IMG/VR virus record: IMGVR_UViG_3300045988_147571
DNA from: a virus
DNA length: 64,000 nucleotides
Direction: 5' to 3' (one strand)
Shown: in pieces, positions 47,901 through 55,282 of the stretch
Layout of the letters: every line of letters starts with the position of its first letter
Position numbering within the stretch: the stretch's first letter is position 1
Made by a program: the position numbers and the translations under genes
Notes under the pieces: model-generated
Seen by the model: the letters and a program-made list of their open reading frames with translations, nothing else
What the model was told of the DNA's origin: nothing
Database searches by the model: none

Positions 47901-48859
47901 ATAATGTCAATGCTACTCTTGCTCAGTGCTTCCAAAGCGATGGTTCTAATGGATTCAGACTGTGGTATTCTCAAGAACCTAGATTTTCATGGAATACTGA
48001 TAGTGTATCTCCTTCTGCTGGAACAAACAGAGAAATCGTAGTATTCCGTCATGAAGCTGGAAGTCAGAAGCTTTATGTGTACAATTCAAACATGACTGGG
48101 AAAGAAGTATCTTCTACTACTCTGAATGCGATCAGGATTCCAGAGCATAGTTCCACTCTCGTATTTGGATGTTCTAAAGCTGACGACGGAGCATATGAAA
48201 ACTTTGCAAAAGGCACTGTACATTGGGCTAAGGTTTGGTATGCGGATCTTGGTGAAGAACAATGTATGGATATTGCTTCTTGGATTCATGAAATTATTCC
48301 AATGGAAGTGGCTAAGTTTAAAGGATATTATCTGTCTGACGTTGCTTCAAAGAGAGCTAACATTACATTTGTTGCTTCTAATCTACTTGGTACAGAAAAA
48401 CCTTATAATAATAAGAGCACAAATGCAGGTGGATGGGCTGATTCTACATTGAATACTTGGCTGAATACCAGACTGCTTAAAGCGATCTCTCCTTTATGGA
48501 AAGCATTGATTAAACCAGTCAAAGTATACTCTTCTATCGGTAATAAATCCAATGACACATCTGTATCTAACTGTAGATTCTATATTCCGTCTTTATATGA
48601 AGTTGATCCTACATCTGCTTCTGAACCATATATCTCTGAAACAAATGCTCCTATTGTTTATTTCACAGATGATGATACCAGAAAGAAAGCAAAATCTTCT
48701 GCTCCTACGGAGTATAAATCTTACTGGACCAGATCTCCGAATGCTACAGTTGCAAATTGGTTATATACAGTCAATGAAGCCGGTGGAACATATGGATTCT
48801 CTTATCCAGGACAGAATTCTGGAATCTTACTTATGTTCTCAATTTCAAGTGAGGGGTAA
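41969..48859 (+). CDS. giant multidomain fibre or receptor-binding protein (2296 aa)
   Basis: Coiled-coil stretch, Ig-like repeats, leucine-rich repeats (LERLNLENLPNLKKTIDLSNCKNLEEF...), two FKGW-type Listeria-Bacteroides repeats, and a LamG-like segment (FDGTNYIDTGLKIMEKDRDFTVAIDFEF). Confidence 0.6.
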   Translation: MSFKDAKKLAAANSANTTLMTAELAAVTIDDDYTLCTDGRYEVYNKYSDDNFSSVDNLKNITVDSSQINIMQEENSQYMPFRIPRYWDGMDLMDMLIQVRYQSVAQSKGQIANVINVASSSTHITFGWLIDANVTASAGDIIFEITATGLNEKGKNYIWRTRPNGKFTVLEGLNYDGIIEPSDDWYTSFVNMVLGHVAEAKQYADEAKASAASINVDDIKADVTSSVTKNLNQTVAESLKDYYTKTEIDQTVNELNTAISSIDSLKNLKVEYDNTTGHLVFKDKEEQIGEITINSLSNLVVEYSVVNGKGSLVFKNGETEIQTVELSSIEPSAAWTSALKEDISKSTDEKLSPVVDRVSALETAKDDLAGKVETNTTDISGLKTDVAGLKESNETISATTTETKNTVDILKQNVSGYDSQFESINSDITAINESIKDLGKNTGHEYDVSYEENVFTLYEDDVIKKQFTITGGSGPSDTTTVTIERITSSDAIFLAGNSAVIEYNFTSVDNTGDTTGNGTATWRVGSTTVATTVAAQGKNSFDITQYLKNGANSIRLSITDSFGTIATKTWTITIVDFKIESIFDDTLFYSDEVTFRYTPYGDINKTVHFVLDEKEIAGVETTASGRQMTYTLAKQSHGAHLLKVYMTASINNQDVTSESVYKDIIWVEQGNTTPIIGCSMVEFTAKQYNTTSIKYVVYDPEHNPATVKLFVDGKVASTLTVGRTAQIWSYKSTEIGKQSLTISCRRITKILTATIEKLDINVSPVTTNLAFDFNPSGKNNGEADWLKINDNLTIEVSDNFDTTNGGYQVDEDGDTYFCVKAGTAATIPYQLFADDAKKTGKNFKFIYKCTNVKNYEAQVLSCFADNLGYTVKAQEATLKSEQNEISVPYCEDYYMELEFNILPDSEYTEMVMWVDGIPTRVKLYATSDSFTQTNPVGITIGSDDCDVIVYRIKAYTMNLTDDEILDNFIADAKNANEIINRYNRNDILDSSGGLDPDVLAEKCPDLRIIKLEVPVFTTGKKNKVPFTSVQQIYKNGRPVDNWISRDGIHNGQGTSSEYYGDSGRNLELNCKNGFTFANDTTADVYSMDENAIGINYFNVKVNIASSENINNAGLQGEYQEFNPYIRPARKKDPRVRDTMQFYPCVVFLKETDVDNAVEFKDGQWHFYAAGDIGNSKKNTVAQGMDPENHKEFIVEVSNNTDPQCRFLSDDLSNEEWGGDTSFEMRYQNPNCTKEEIQAGRQAWNDLLTWVVNADSETFVKEFEQHFIKDSLLFYYLFTERHTMVDNRAKNTFWHTEDLVHWDLCMDYDNDTAMGNDNEGGLTLTYGYEDTDTIGTKSVFNASDSKVFCYIRDYMFDDLQSMFLQMEAKLTWSANRILNKFETLQNYKPERLWIADMRRKYFRPYEDKGTTSYLEMMNGSKKQQRRQFQKYQEKYIASKYVGSTTTSDVITIRGYTPTNWTGVKPDGTFHIVPYADSYVDVRFGSNLVRQRAKRGQTYTVKSPIAAMNDTEVYVYNASLMQSIGDIAPFYPGYTNFNQGVKMTDILIGSDVEGYQNTNMNDFSIGQNVLLERLNLENLPNLKKTIDLSNCKNLEEFLAEGSGITGVIFAPGGKIETAHLPAIASLTGKNLYRLTDLTITSYANLTTLSLDNCNTLDAKDIINKATGLTRVRVTGINWELDDTTLLDRLAKMTGIDDNGYNSVHSVLIGTVHIPVMRQQRLDEFAELWPDLEITYDSIITQFKVTFVNDDEENTVLDIQYVDKGANAVDPITREIDPIPTPTKESTIKLDYTFKGWNGSLTGIFADRTIKAVYNSKVREYTVKYVSKGLTLQESTGQYGSYIKYEGDTPTYTAEESAYKYNLFKGWDKSGFVDGEKTINAVYETCEYVDGYFDGKDLSNMTQVELYTLMKMGLETKALSLKDTLDFKLGVDYSYGDIEEHEVISASTKFDGTNYIDTGLKIMEKDRDFTVAIDFEFDAGNNVNATLAQCFQSDGSNGFRLWYSQEPRFSWNTDSVSPSAGTNREIVVFRHEAGSQKLYVYNSNMTGKEVSSTTLNAIRIPEHSSTLVFGCSKADDGAYENFAKGTVHWAKVWYADLGEEQCMDIASWIHEIIPMEVAKFKGYYLSDVASKRANITFVASNLLGTEKPYNNKSTNAGGWADSTLNTWLNTRLLKAISPLWKALIKPVKVYSSIGNKSNDTSVSNCRFYIPSLYEVDPTSASEPYISETNAPIVYFTDDDTRKKAKSSAPTEYKSYWTRSPNATVANWLYTVNEAGGTYGFSYPGQNSGILLMFSISSEG

Positions 48860-48888
48860 CCATTCCCCTCTTCTAAGGAGGATATCAC

Positions 48889-49131
48889 ATGTATTATAAA
48901 GTAATCAAAAATGATGAAGTTGTAGATGTCCTTGAACATATCCTGTATATCAAATATCAGGAAAAACATAGTCTGTTGCTTCTATGTGATATCACAGAGG
49001 CGCAGGCTATTTTAAGTTCAGACGGAAAATATGGATGGCACATTGAAGGTCTCTATAATTTTCCGCCTGATAATGACATCTATACAATAAAAGAAATTTC
49101 AAAATATGAATATGACAAATTAAAGAGGTGA
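48889..49131 (+). CDS. hypothetical protein (80 aa)
   Basis: RBS AAGGAGGA. Confidence 0.4.
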   Translation: MYYKVIKNDEVVDVLEHILYIKYQEKHSLLLLCDITEAQAILSSDGKYGWHIEGLYNFPPDNDIYTIKEISKYEYDKLKR

Positions 49132-49138
49132 TCACAGC

Positions 49139-50002
49139 ATGGCGTTAATTCCAACCTGGTATTCTGCATCAACTAAACAAATTGCAGAAAAGGCTTTACA
49201 AAGAGGGGTGCTGAAGTACCCAGGACTTTGTTACATCCAAGACAGTAAGAGTATAGCGTGGGTGACCATCGACAATACATTAGAATATGTTAAAGGGGAC
49301 AAACAGATCACAGATGTAAAATGCATCGGATCAAACCTTATGTTTTTCTCTGGAGATAAACTACTTTTCTCTTACGACATATCTATGACTGACGAAGATA
49401 AAGGTCATATTGTTGAAGAAGTCAAGAAAACAATTGGATTAGATAATTATGTCAAATCTTCTGAGCTTTCTACTCTTTTAGATAATATAATCGGTAATCT
49501 TGAAGATAAGTCCACTGTTGTAGACTATATCAACAGCTTATCTTATAACAAATTATCTGATGTACCTATTGTAAATCTTATAGGTACACTTACTGTTCCT
49601 GTGAAGATATTATCACTTGATGATGGTATTTATAAAGTAAAAGGCCAATGTATCATTGGCGGAAACAATACTACTGTTCAATCTTCTGCAGACGACGTTC
49701 TGTATCTTGTATCTCATGACGCTGATACTTCCAGCACAACAATCACAAAAATGCAAGGAAAATCAATTACATTGTATTTCATTCAGCAAGATGGTGAATA
49801 TACGACTGATCGTTATGTCACTGAAAGCTGGATTAATGAACAGAATTTTGCAAGTGCTGATTCTGTAAAAGAATACGTTTCAAATATCATTGAGGAAACC
49901 GTTTTAAATGTTTTAGATGATCATATTGATGCTGCTTTAGATCGAAAACTTGGAGGTATTGATTCCGAAGATTTAACAAATATATTTCAAGGAGGAAACT
50001 AA
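49139..50002 (+). CDS. hypothetical structural protein
   Basis: 287 aa in the fibre module. Confidence 0.4.
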   Translation: MALIPTWYSASTKQIAEKALQRGVLKYPGLCYIQDSKSIAWVTIDNTLEYVKGDKQITDVKCIGSNLMFFSGDKLLFSYDISMTDEDKGHIVEEVKKTIGLDNYVKSSELSTLLDNIIGNLEDKSTVVDYINSLSYNKLSDVPIVNLIGTLTVPVKILSLDDGIYKVKGQCIIGGNNTTVQSSADDVLYLVSHDADTSSTTITKMQGKSITLYFIQQDGEYTTDRYVTESWINEQNFASADSVKEYVSNIIEETVLNVLDDHIDAALDRKLGGIDSEDLTNIFQGGN

Positions 50003-50004
50003 TT

Positions 50005-51075
50005 ATGGCAAAATTACAGTTCGCTACACTTTCTAATCTTCAGGAGTTCTTAAATCTGCATAATGTACAGATTGACTCTAAAATCAGTGAAGCTGTTAAA
50101 AGCTCAATTAAAACAGTATCTCAGTCAGAAGACGGATACACACTTTATTTCTACACAAAAACTGCTCCAGTAACTATTGATGAAGCAGCATTTACTATTA
50201 CTATTCCTCAGCCGACAGGAAAAGCTGACAAAGTAAAAGGCGCAGTAAAAGGTCATATTGCAGGTCTTGATGCAAACGGCAACCTTACTGATTCTGGTAA
50301 GTCAGTTGCTGATTTTGAAGTAGCTGGTGCTGCTGAAAAAGCAAAAACAGAAGTGATGGGATATGTTGGTACTATTCCTGCTGATGCTAAAGCTAAAAAT
50401 GTAGTTGCTTATATCAAAGAAGCTGTTACAGCTGGTCAGTATGATGATTCTGAATTAAAAGCAAACGTAGCTGCTAATACAGCTGCTATTGGAACTCTTA
50501 ACGGTACTGGCGAAGGCTCTGTAAAGAAAGCTGTTGCTGATGCTGTAGCTTCTATTGTTGCTGATGCACCAGAAGCATACGACACACTGAAAGAGATTTC
50601 TGACTGGATTTCAAGTCATGCATCTGATGCCGCAACAATGAACAGTCAGATTAAAACAAATAAGACGGATATTGCTAATCTGAAAACTTTGATTGGTACT
50701 CTTCCAGATACAGCTACATCCAAAGATATTGTAAGCTATATCGCTGAATATGTATCTAAAGCTCTTGCTGATTCTGACCTTTCTCAGTATGCAAAAGCTG
50801 CTGATCTTAAAGCTGCTGTAGGAAGAATTGATGCTATTGAAAAGAAATTACCTACATTAGAAGCTGCTGATAAAACAAACGCCGATAATATCGCAGCTAT
50901 AACAACAAGAGTAACTACTGCCGAAGGTAAGATTACTGCTCTTGAAAAAGACCTTGCTGCTGAAAAACCGAAGATTGCTAAGAATACATCTGACATCACC
51001 GCTCTTAAGGGGCTTGTTGGAGATGGATATGAAGCAATTCCAAGTGCATCTATCAAAGGTTTATTTACTGCGTAA
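50005..51075 (+). CDS. Ala-rich coiled-coil fibre protein
   Basis: Long Ala/Lys/Thr-rich helical repeats (AADLKAAVGRIDAIEKKLPTLEAADKTNADNIAAITTRVTTAEGKITALEKDL). Confidence 0.45.
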   Translation: MAKLQFATLSNLQEFLNLHNVQIDSKISEAVKSSIKTVSQSEDGYTLYFYTKTAPVTIDEAAFTITIPQPTGKADKVKGAVKGHIAGLDANGNLTDSGKSVADFEVAGAAEKAKTEVMGYVGTIPADAKAKNVVAYIKEAVTAGQYDDSELKANVAANTAAIGTLNGTGEGSVKKAVADAVASIVADAPEAYDTLKEISDWISSHASDAATMNSQIKTNKTDIANLKTLIGTLPDTATSKDIVSYIAEYVSKALADSDLSQYAKAADLKAAVGRIDAIEKKLPTLEAADKTNADNIAAITTRVTTAEGKITALEKDLAAEKPKIAKNTSDITALKGLVGDGYEAIPSASIKGLFTA

Positions 51076-51082
51076 AAGAAAA

Positions 51083-51102
51083 AGAGGGCATTTCTGCCCT
51101 CT
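51083..51102. terminator. hairpin shared by convergent genes (good terminator on the minus strand)
   Basis: AGAGGGCA-TTTC-TGCCCTCT hairpin. A T run follows on the minus strand only. Confidence 0.6.
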
Positions 51103-51113
51103 AAAATATTACT

Positions 51114-51452
51114 TTATTTTGCTTCTAACATATATTTAATAAATGAACCTATAGAAGCATTCTTCATATCTTCAATGGATAATAACTTATGTCCATCTGA
51201 TATGAGTTGTCTCATGTAATCAAATACATGAGCATTATGTATAATATTCTGGATTTCATCGAAAGTTATCATATCCATTGTGTTCATTTCGAAAAGCAAT
51301 ATTTTTGTTCCTTTTCTATTTTTATGTGTATCAATGAATTTTTTAATCGTTTCTTCGTCTGTAGTATTAACTTCATCTACTACATAACTTTCAAAGTGAT
51401 CCAGACGAATACATAATAATTTAATATAGCTTTTTATTTCAAAGTTAGCCAT
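51114..51452 (-). CDS. hypothetical protein, antisense moron in the fibre module
   Basis: 112 aa. Perfect RBS AAAGGAGGTGA. Has its own terminator. No recognisable motif. Confidence 0.6.
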   Translation of the reverse strand: MANFEIKSYIKLLCIRLDHFESYVVDEVNTTDEETIKKFIDTHKNRKGTKILLFEMNTMDMITFDEIQNIIHNAHVFDYMRQLISDGHKLLSIEDMKNASIGSFIKYMLEAK

Positions 51453-51541
51453 AATTCACCTCCTTTCCAATAACATTATATATTAATATTATCGAAATTT
51501 CTGCAGGTAAATTATGGAAATAGGAAGGATGTGAATAAAAA

Positions 51542-54500
51542 ATGAAGCAACAATTTCTTGATCTTAATGGATTAACAGAATTAGTTACATATTTAAAAAA
51601 GAGTATAACAGAACAAAAAGAAATACTTCCATATGCTTCCAATAAGCTGTTTCCTTCTACAGGTAATGTAAATACAATTTACATAGATACAGCAACAAAT
51701 ATCATTTATCGTTGGGACTCATCGAACAAGAAATATGAAATATTGGCTAAAGCAGTGAAATCAGTATCTATCTCAGAAAGTACTGAAAACGGAAAAATCA
51801 CACTCACTGTAGATGGTAATAAAACTACTGTTCCTATTCATGGATTGGGATCTGCTGCATATACAAATTCAAGTGCTTACTCTCCTGCCGGGCATACTCA
51901 TACAAAAGCTCAGGTGGGGCTTGGCAATGTAGATAATACTGCTGATGCTAATAAAAGTGTAAAACATGCAATTACTGCTGATAGTGCAACTACTGCAGGA
52001 ACAGCTACAAATGTATCCGCTGGAGAAGGTACTGCTGATGCAGCTAGACATGTTTGGTTTTCTGACTCTGCTACGGAGACAAAGCGAGCATACAGCAATA
52101 AGTTTAAATATAATCCTGTTACTAATAATCTGACGGTAAATGTTACAGGAAATGCTGCAACTGCAAGTAGTGTCGCATGGGGTAACGTTACAGGGAAACC
52201 TTCTACCTATGCTCCTTCTGCTCATAATCATGATGATTCTACTATCACTTCTCTCAATGCATCAAAGCTTTTTGGAACAATTGACATAGCAAGACTTCCA
52301 CATGGAGCATTAGAAAGATGTGTAATTGTTGCAGATGATACTGCGAGATTTGCTCTTACTACTGCTAAAATTCAACTTGGTGATACAGTCAAAGTAAATA
52401 AGACTCAGAAAATGTATTTTGTTATTGATGATAGTAAATTGAATTCTGAGGCTGGTTATACAGTTTATACTGCAGGATCTGCTACTTCTGTACCTTGGTC
52501 AGGTGTAACAGGAAAACCTACAACATTCACACCAAGTTCTCATACTCATCCATATCTTAGTGCTTTGAGTGTTTCTGGAAAAACTATTACTTATACAAAA
52601 GGTGATGGAACTACTGGGACTATTACTACGCAAGATACATGGAGAGGTATTCAGAATAATTTAACAAGTACAAGCACAACTGATTCTTTGAGTGCCGCTC
52701 AAGGTAAGATTTTGAAAGGATTAGTTGATGAAAAACTGTCATTGAGTGGTGGCACTATGACTGGAAATATTGCTTATAAAGGTTCTAAAGCTACTTATGA
52801 AATGATTAAATTCATAGATAATTCAAGTGATACATATGGTAATGGTATTGCTATTGGCGGCGGTGGTCTTACTATTATCGGAGGCGGAGAATCTTCTGAT
52901 GTTATAAAAAATGCTGCCAGTAGTGGCGGGGAAGAGCGATTAGTTCTTGCAAATGATGGTGCAATTGAATTTTATACCAATTGTCAGGATGGTATAGATA
53001 AATCTGTACATACAACCATTGATAATACTGGACTTTTTTCAGGTACTGCTGCCAATGCAAAAGCCGTACCATGGAGCGGAGTTACTGGAAAACCTACAAG
53101 TTATCCGCCAAGTAGTCATACTCATGCTTATTTGCCATTGTCTGGGGGAACTATGACTGGCGCTCTTAACTTCGCAAACGGCATTTGGAATGTAGTTGGC
53201 GATGATGTTGCGATCGGTGATATGAATATTAGTGGTACATTAGGTGTTATGGGTAAGAATGGTAATACAGCTATTAAATTGGTTCAATATGGTGCGTCTA
53301 CAACATCTGGATCAGCTGCTCCTGGAGTCACATGGATTTGTACAGGTGCTAATGCTTCTACTATTTCTGGAACTTTGTCTGGTACATTTTCTGGTAATTT
53401 GAGTGGTACTGCTACTTCGGCTAACGCTGCTCCGTGGTCTGGTATTACGGGGAAACCAAGTACATATCCACCATCAAGTCATACACATAATTACGCTGGC
53501 TCCTCTACAGCTGGTGGAATTGCTTATAATGCTAATGCACTATATAAAAATTCATCAACAAGACAAACTTCTGCAAATTATGATTTAACAAACGATAATA
53601 TTTATGCTCATAGGGTTACTTATTCTGTTGCTTCAAGCACTATGACAACAGCAAAACCACCTACTGATGCACATATCCTTACATTTGGTTGGGACACTAA
53701 TGCTGGTTACGGCGCACAGTTTGCAGTTGGTAATTCATTTTCAAACCATTTATATATTCGAGGAGCAAAATCTGAAACGAAAGATAACAAAAATGTATGT
53801 ACGTGGGAATCTAGTTGGAGAACTGTTTTGGATTCTGGAAACTATACTTCATATACAGTTACAAAAACTGGTTCTGGTGCATCTGGTACATGGGGAATTA
53901 ATGTCTCTGGAGGCGCTGCTTATCCTACAGGTTTTAATTCAAGGGTTACTTCGGCTACTTGGGGAAATCAAACAGGTACTTTAATCACAGACTGGCATAC
54001 AAGTAATGGTGGAGATATTCAATTTCGTGATAACAGTGGCCAGTTAAATGTAATTACCGATGGATTCTTTTACCAAAACGAAGGTAGAAATTTAGTTCTT
54101 GATTCATCGAATTATAGCAACTATGCTGCAACAAAAGGACATACGCATAACTATGCAGGATCAGCGTCAGCAGGTGGAAATGCGAACGCAGCTGTAAAAT
54201 TGGCTAATGCAAGAAAAATTGGTAATGCTTCATTCGATGGTACTGCTAATATTACCTTATCTCAGATGGGACTTAACGTTCCTGTTGAAATTACAAAAGC
54301 TGACTATCTTGCAAAAAAGAAAGCTGGAACTTTAAATGCAAATACCTATTACAATGTTATTGATGAATATGATTCTGCAAATGTTATTAACGACTCATCT
54401 GTAACAGCCAACAGTGCATTTTCAAGTACTAAATCGGAAAAAACATATGCAAAGAAAAGCGCCATAATTAATACTACTCTTACAGCTAGTAAATGGACTG

Positions 54501-54724
54501 GTTCCTCTGCCCCGTATACATATGTATTACCTGTATCTGGTGCAACTACTTCAAATATAGTAGAAATTAATTATGCTTCTAATGCATCATCTCAAGCAAT
54601 AGAGGCATATCAGAACGCTATGTTAGCAGATGGAGGACAGACTACAAATCAGATTACTATAAAAGCAACCGAGAAACCAACTGTAGATATTCCTATTACT
54701 ATTGTTATAAGAAATGATTTATAA
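51542..54724 (+). CDS. tail fibre with repeated W-G-x-(V/I)-TGKP...SSH-x-H motifs
   Basis: Six H-x-H sites (GHTHTK, SAHNHD, SSHTHPY, SSHTHAY, SSHTHNY, GHTHNY). QVGLGNVDNTAD and FDGTANIT fibre motifs. Confidence 0.7.
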   Translation: MKQQFLDLNGLTELVTYLKKSITEQKEILPYASNKLFPSTGNVNTIYIDTATNIIYRWDSSNKKYEILAKAVKSVSISESTENGKITLTVDGNKTTVPIHGLGSAAYTNSSAYSPAGHTHTKAQVGLGNVDNTADANKSVKHAITADSATTAGTATNVSAGEGTADAARHVWFSDSATETKRAYSNKFKYNPVTNNLTVNVTGNAATASSVAWGNVTGKPSTYAPSAHNHDDSTITSLNASKLFGTIDIARLPHGALERCVIVADDTARFALTTAKIQLGDTVKVNKTQKMYFVIDDSKLNSEAGYTVYTAGSATSVPWSGVTGKPTTFTPSSHTHPYLSALSVSGKTITYTKGDGTTGTITTQDTWRGIQNNLTSTSTTDSLSAAQGKILKGLVDEKLSLSGGTMTGNIAYKGSKATYEMIKFIDNSSDTYGNGIAIGGGGLTIIGGGESSDVIKNAASSGGEERLVLANDGAIEFYTNCQDGIDKSVHTTIDNTGLFSGTAANAKAVPWSGVTGKPTSYPPSSHTHAYLPLSGGTMTGALNFANGIWNVVGDDVAIGDMNISGTLGVMGKNGNTAIKLVQYGASTTSGSAAPGVTWICTGANASTISGTLSGTFSGNLSGTATSANAAPWSGITGKPSTYPPSSHTHNYAGSSTAGGIAYNANALYKNSSTRQTSANYDLTNDNIYAHRVTYSVASSTMTTAKPPTDAHILTFGWDTNAGYGAQFAVGNSFSNHLYIRGAKSETKDNKNVCTWESSWRTVLDSGNYTSYTVTKTGSGASGTWGINVSGGAAYPTGFNSRVTSATWGNQTGTLITDWHTSNGGDIQFRDNSGQLNVITDGFFYQNEGRNLVLDSSNYSNYAATKGHTHNYAGSASAGGNANAAVKLANARKIGNASFDGTANITLSQMGLNVPVEITKADYLAKKKAGTLNANTYYNVIDEYDSANVINDSSVTANSAFSSTKSEKTYAKKSAIINTTLTASKWTGSSAPYTYVLPVSGATTSNIVEINYASNASSQAIEAYQNAMLADGGQTTNQITIKATEKPTVDIPITIVIRNDL

Positions 54725-54739
54725 AAAGGAGGCGATAAC

Positions 54740-55282
54740 ATGGCAATTTACAAAGGTGAACAATGTCTTGCCGGAGTTGGTAAGAATGCAACTATTAAAA
54801 TCGGTACTGCTAAAACAGGTACTTCAGCTGCAGTAACCAATTCTGGTACAGATACAGATGCAATATTAAATTTTACACTGCCCAAAGGTGATCAGGGAGT
54901 TGGAATTTCAAGTGTTATCCCTCATTATCTTGCAAGTCCTAAATCACAGGGAGTAACCAGATCAACTACTGGATGGGCGACTTCCGCTCAGGTTATGACA
55001 TCTACAAACAAATATTTGTGGTGCTATCATGAATTTGTTTTGACAAACAATAATCATTTGTACACTACTCCAACAGTTATAGGTGTTTATGGAGATAAAG
55101 GTGATCCGGGTACAACTGATTATAATGGATTACAGAATAAACCGGTCGTTAATGGAGCTGTAACTGCTTATCAGTCAGATATTATGAAATCTCAGTTAAG
55201 AAATGTGACATTCTCTACTGAAGAACCTAAGACATCTGATGGTAAGCCTGGTGATATGTGGGTGGTGTATGTCGATGAGTAA
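54740..55282 (+). CDS. small fibre or adaptor protein
   Basis: GDKGDPG collagen-like bit. The C-terminus is EEPKTSDGKPGDMWVVYVDE. Stop/start overlap ATGAGTAA with the next gene. Confidence 0.45.
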   Translation: MAIYKGEQCLAGVGKNATIKIGTAKTGTSAAVTNSGTDTDAILNFTLPKGDQGVGISSVIPHYLASPKSQGVTRSTTGWATSAQVMTSTNKYLWCYHEFVLTNNNHLYTTPTVIGVYGDKGDPGTTDYNGLQNKPVVNGAVTAYQSDIMKSQLRNVTFSTEEPKTSDGKPGDMWVVYVDE

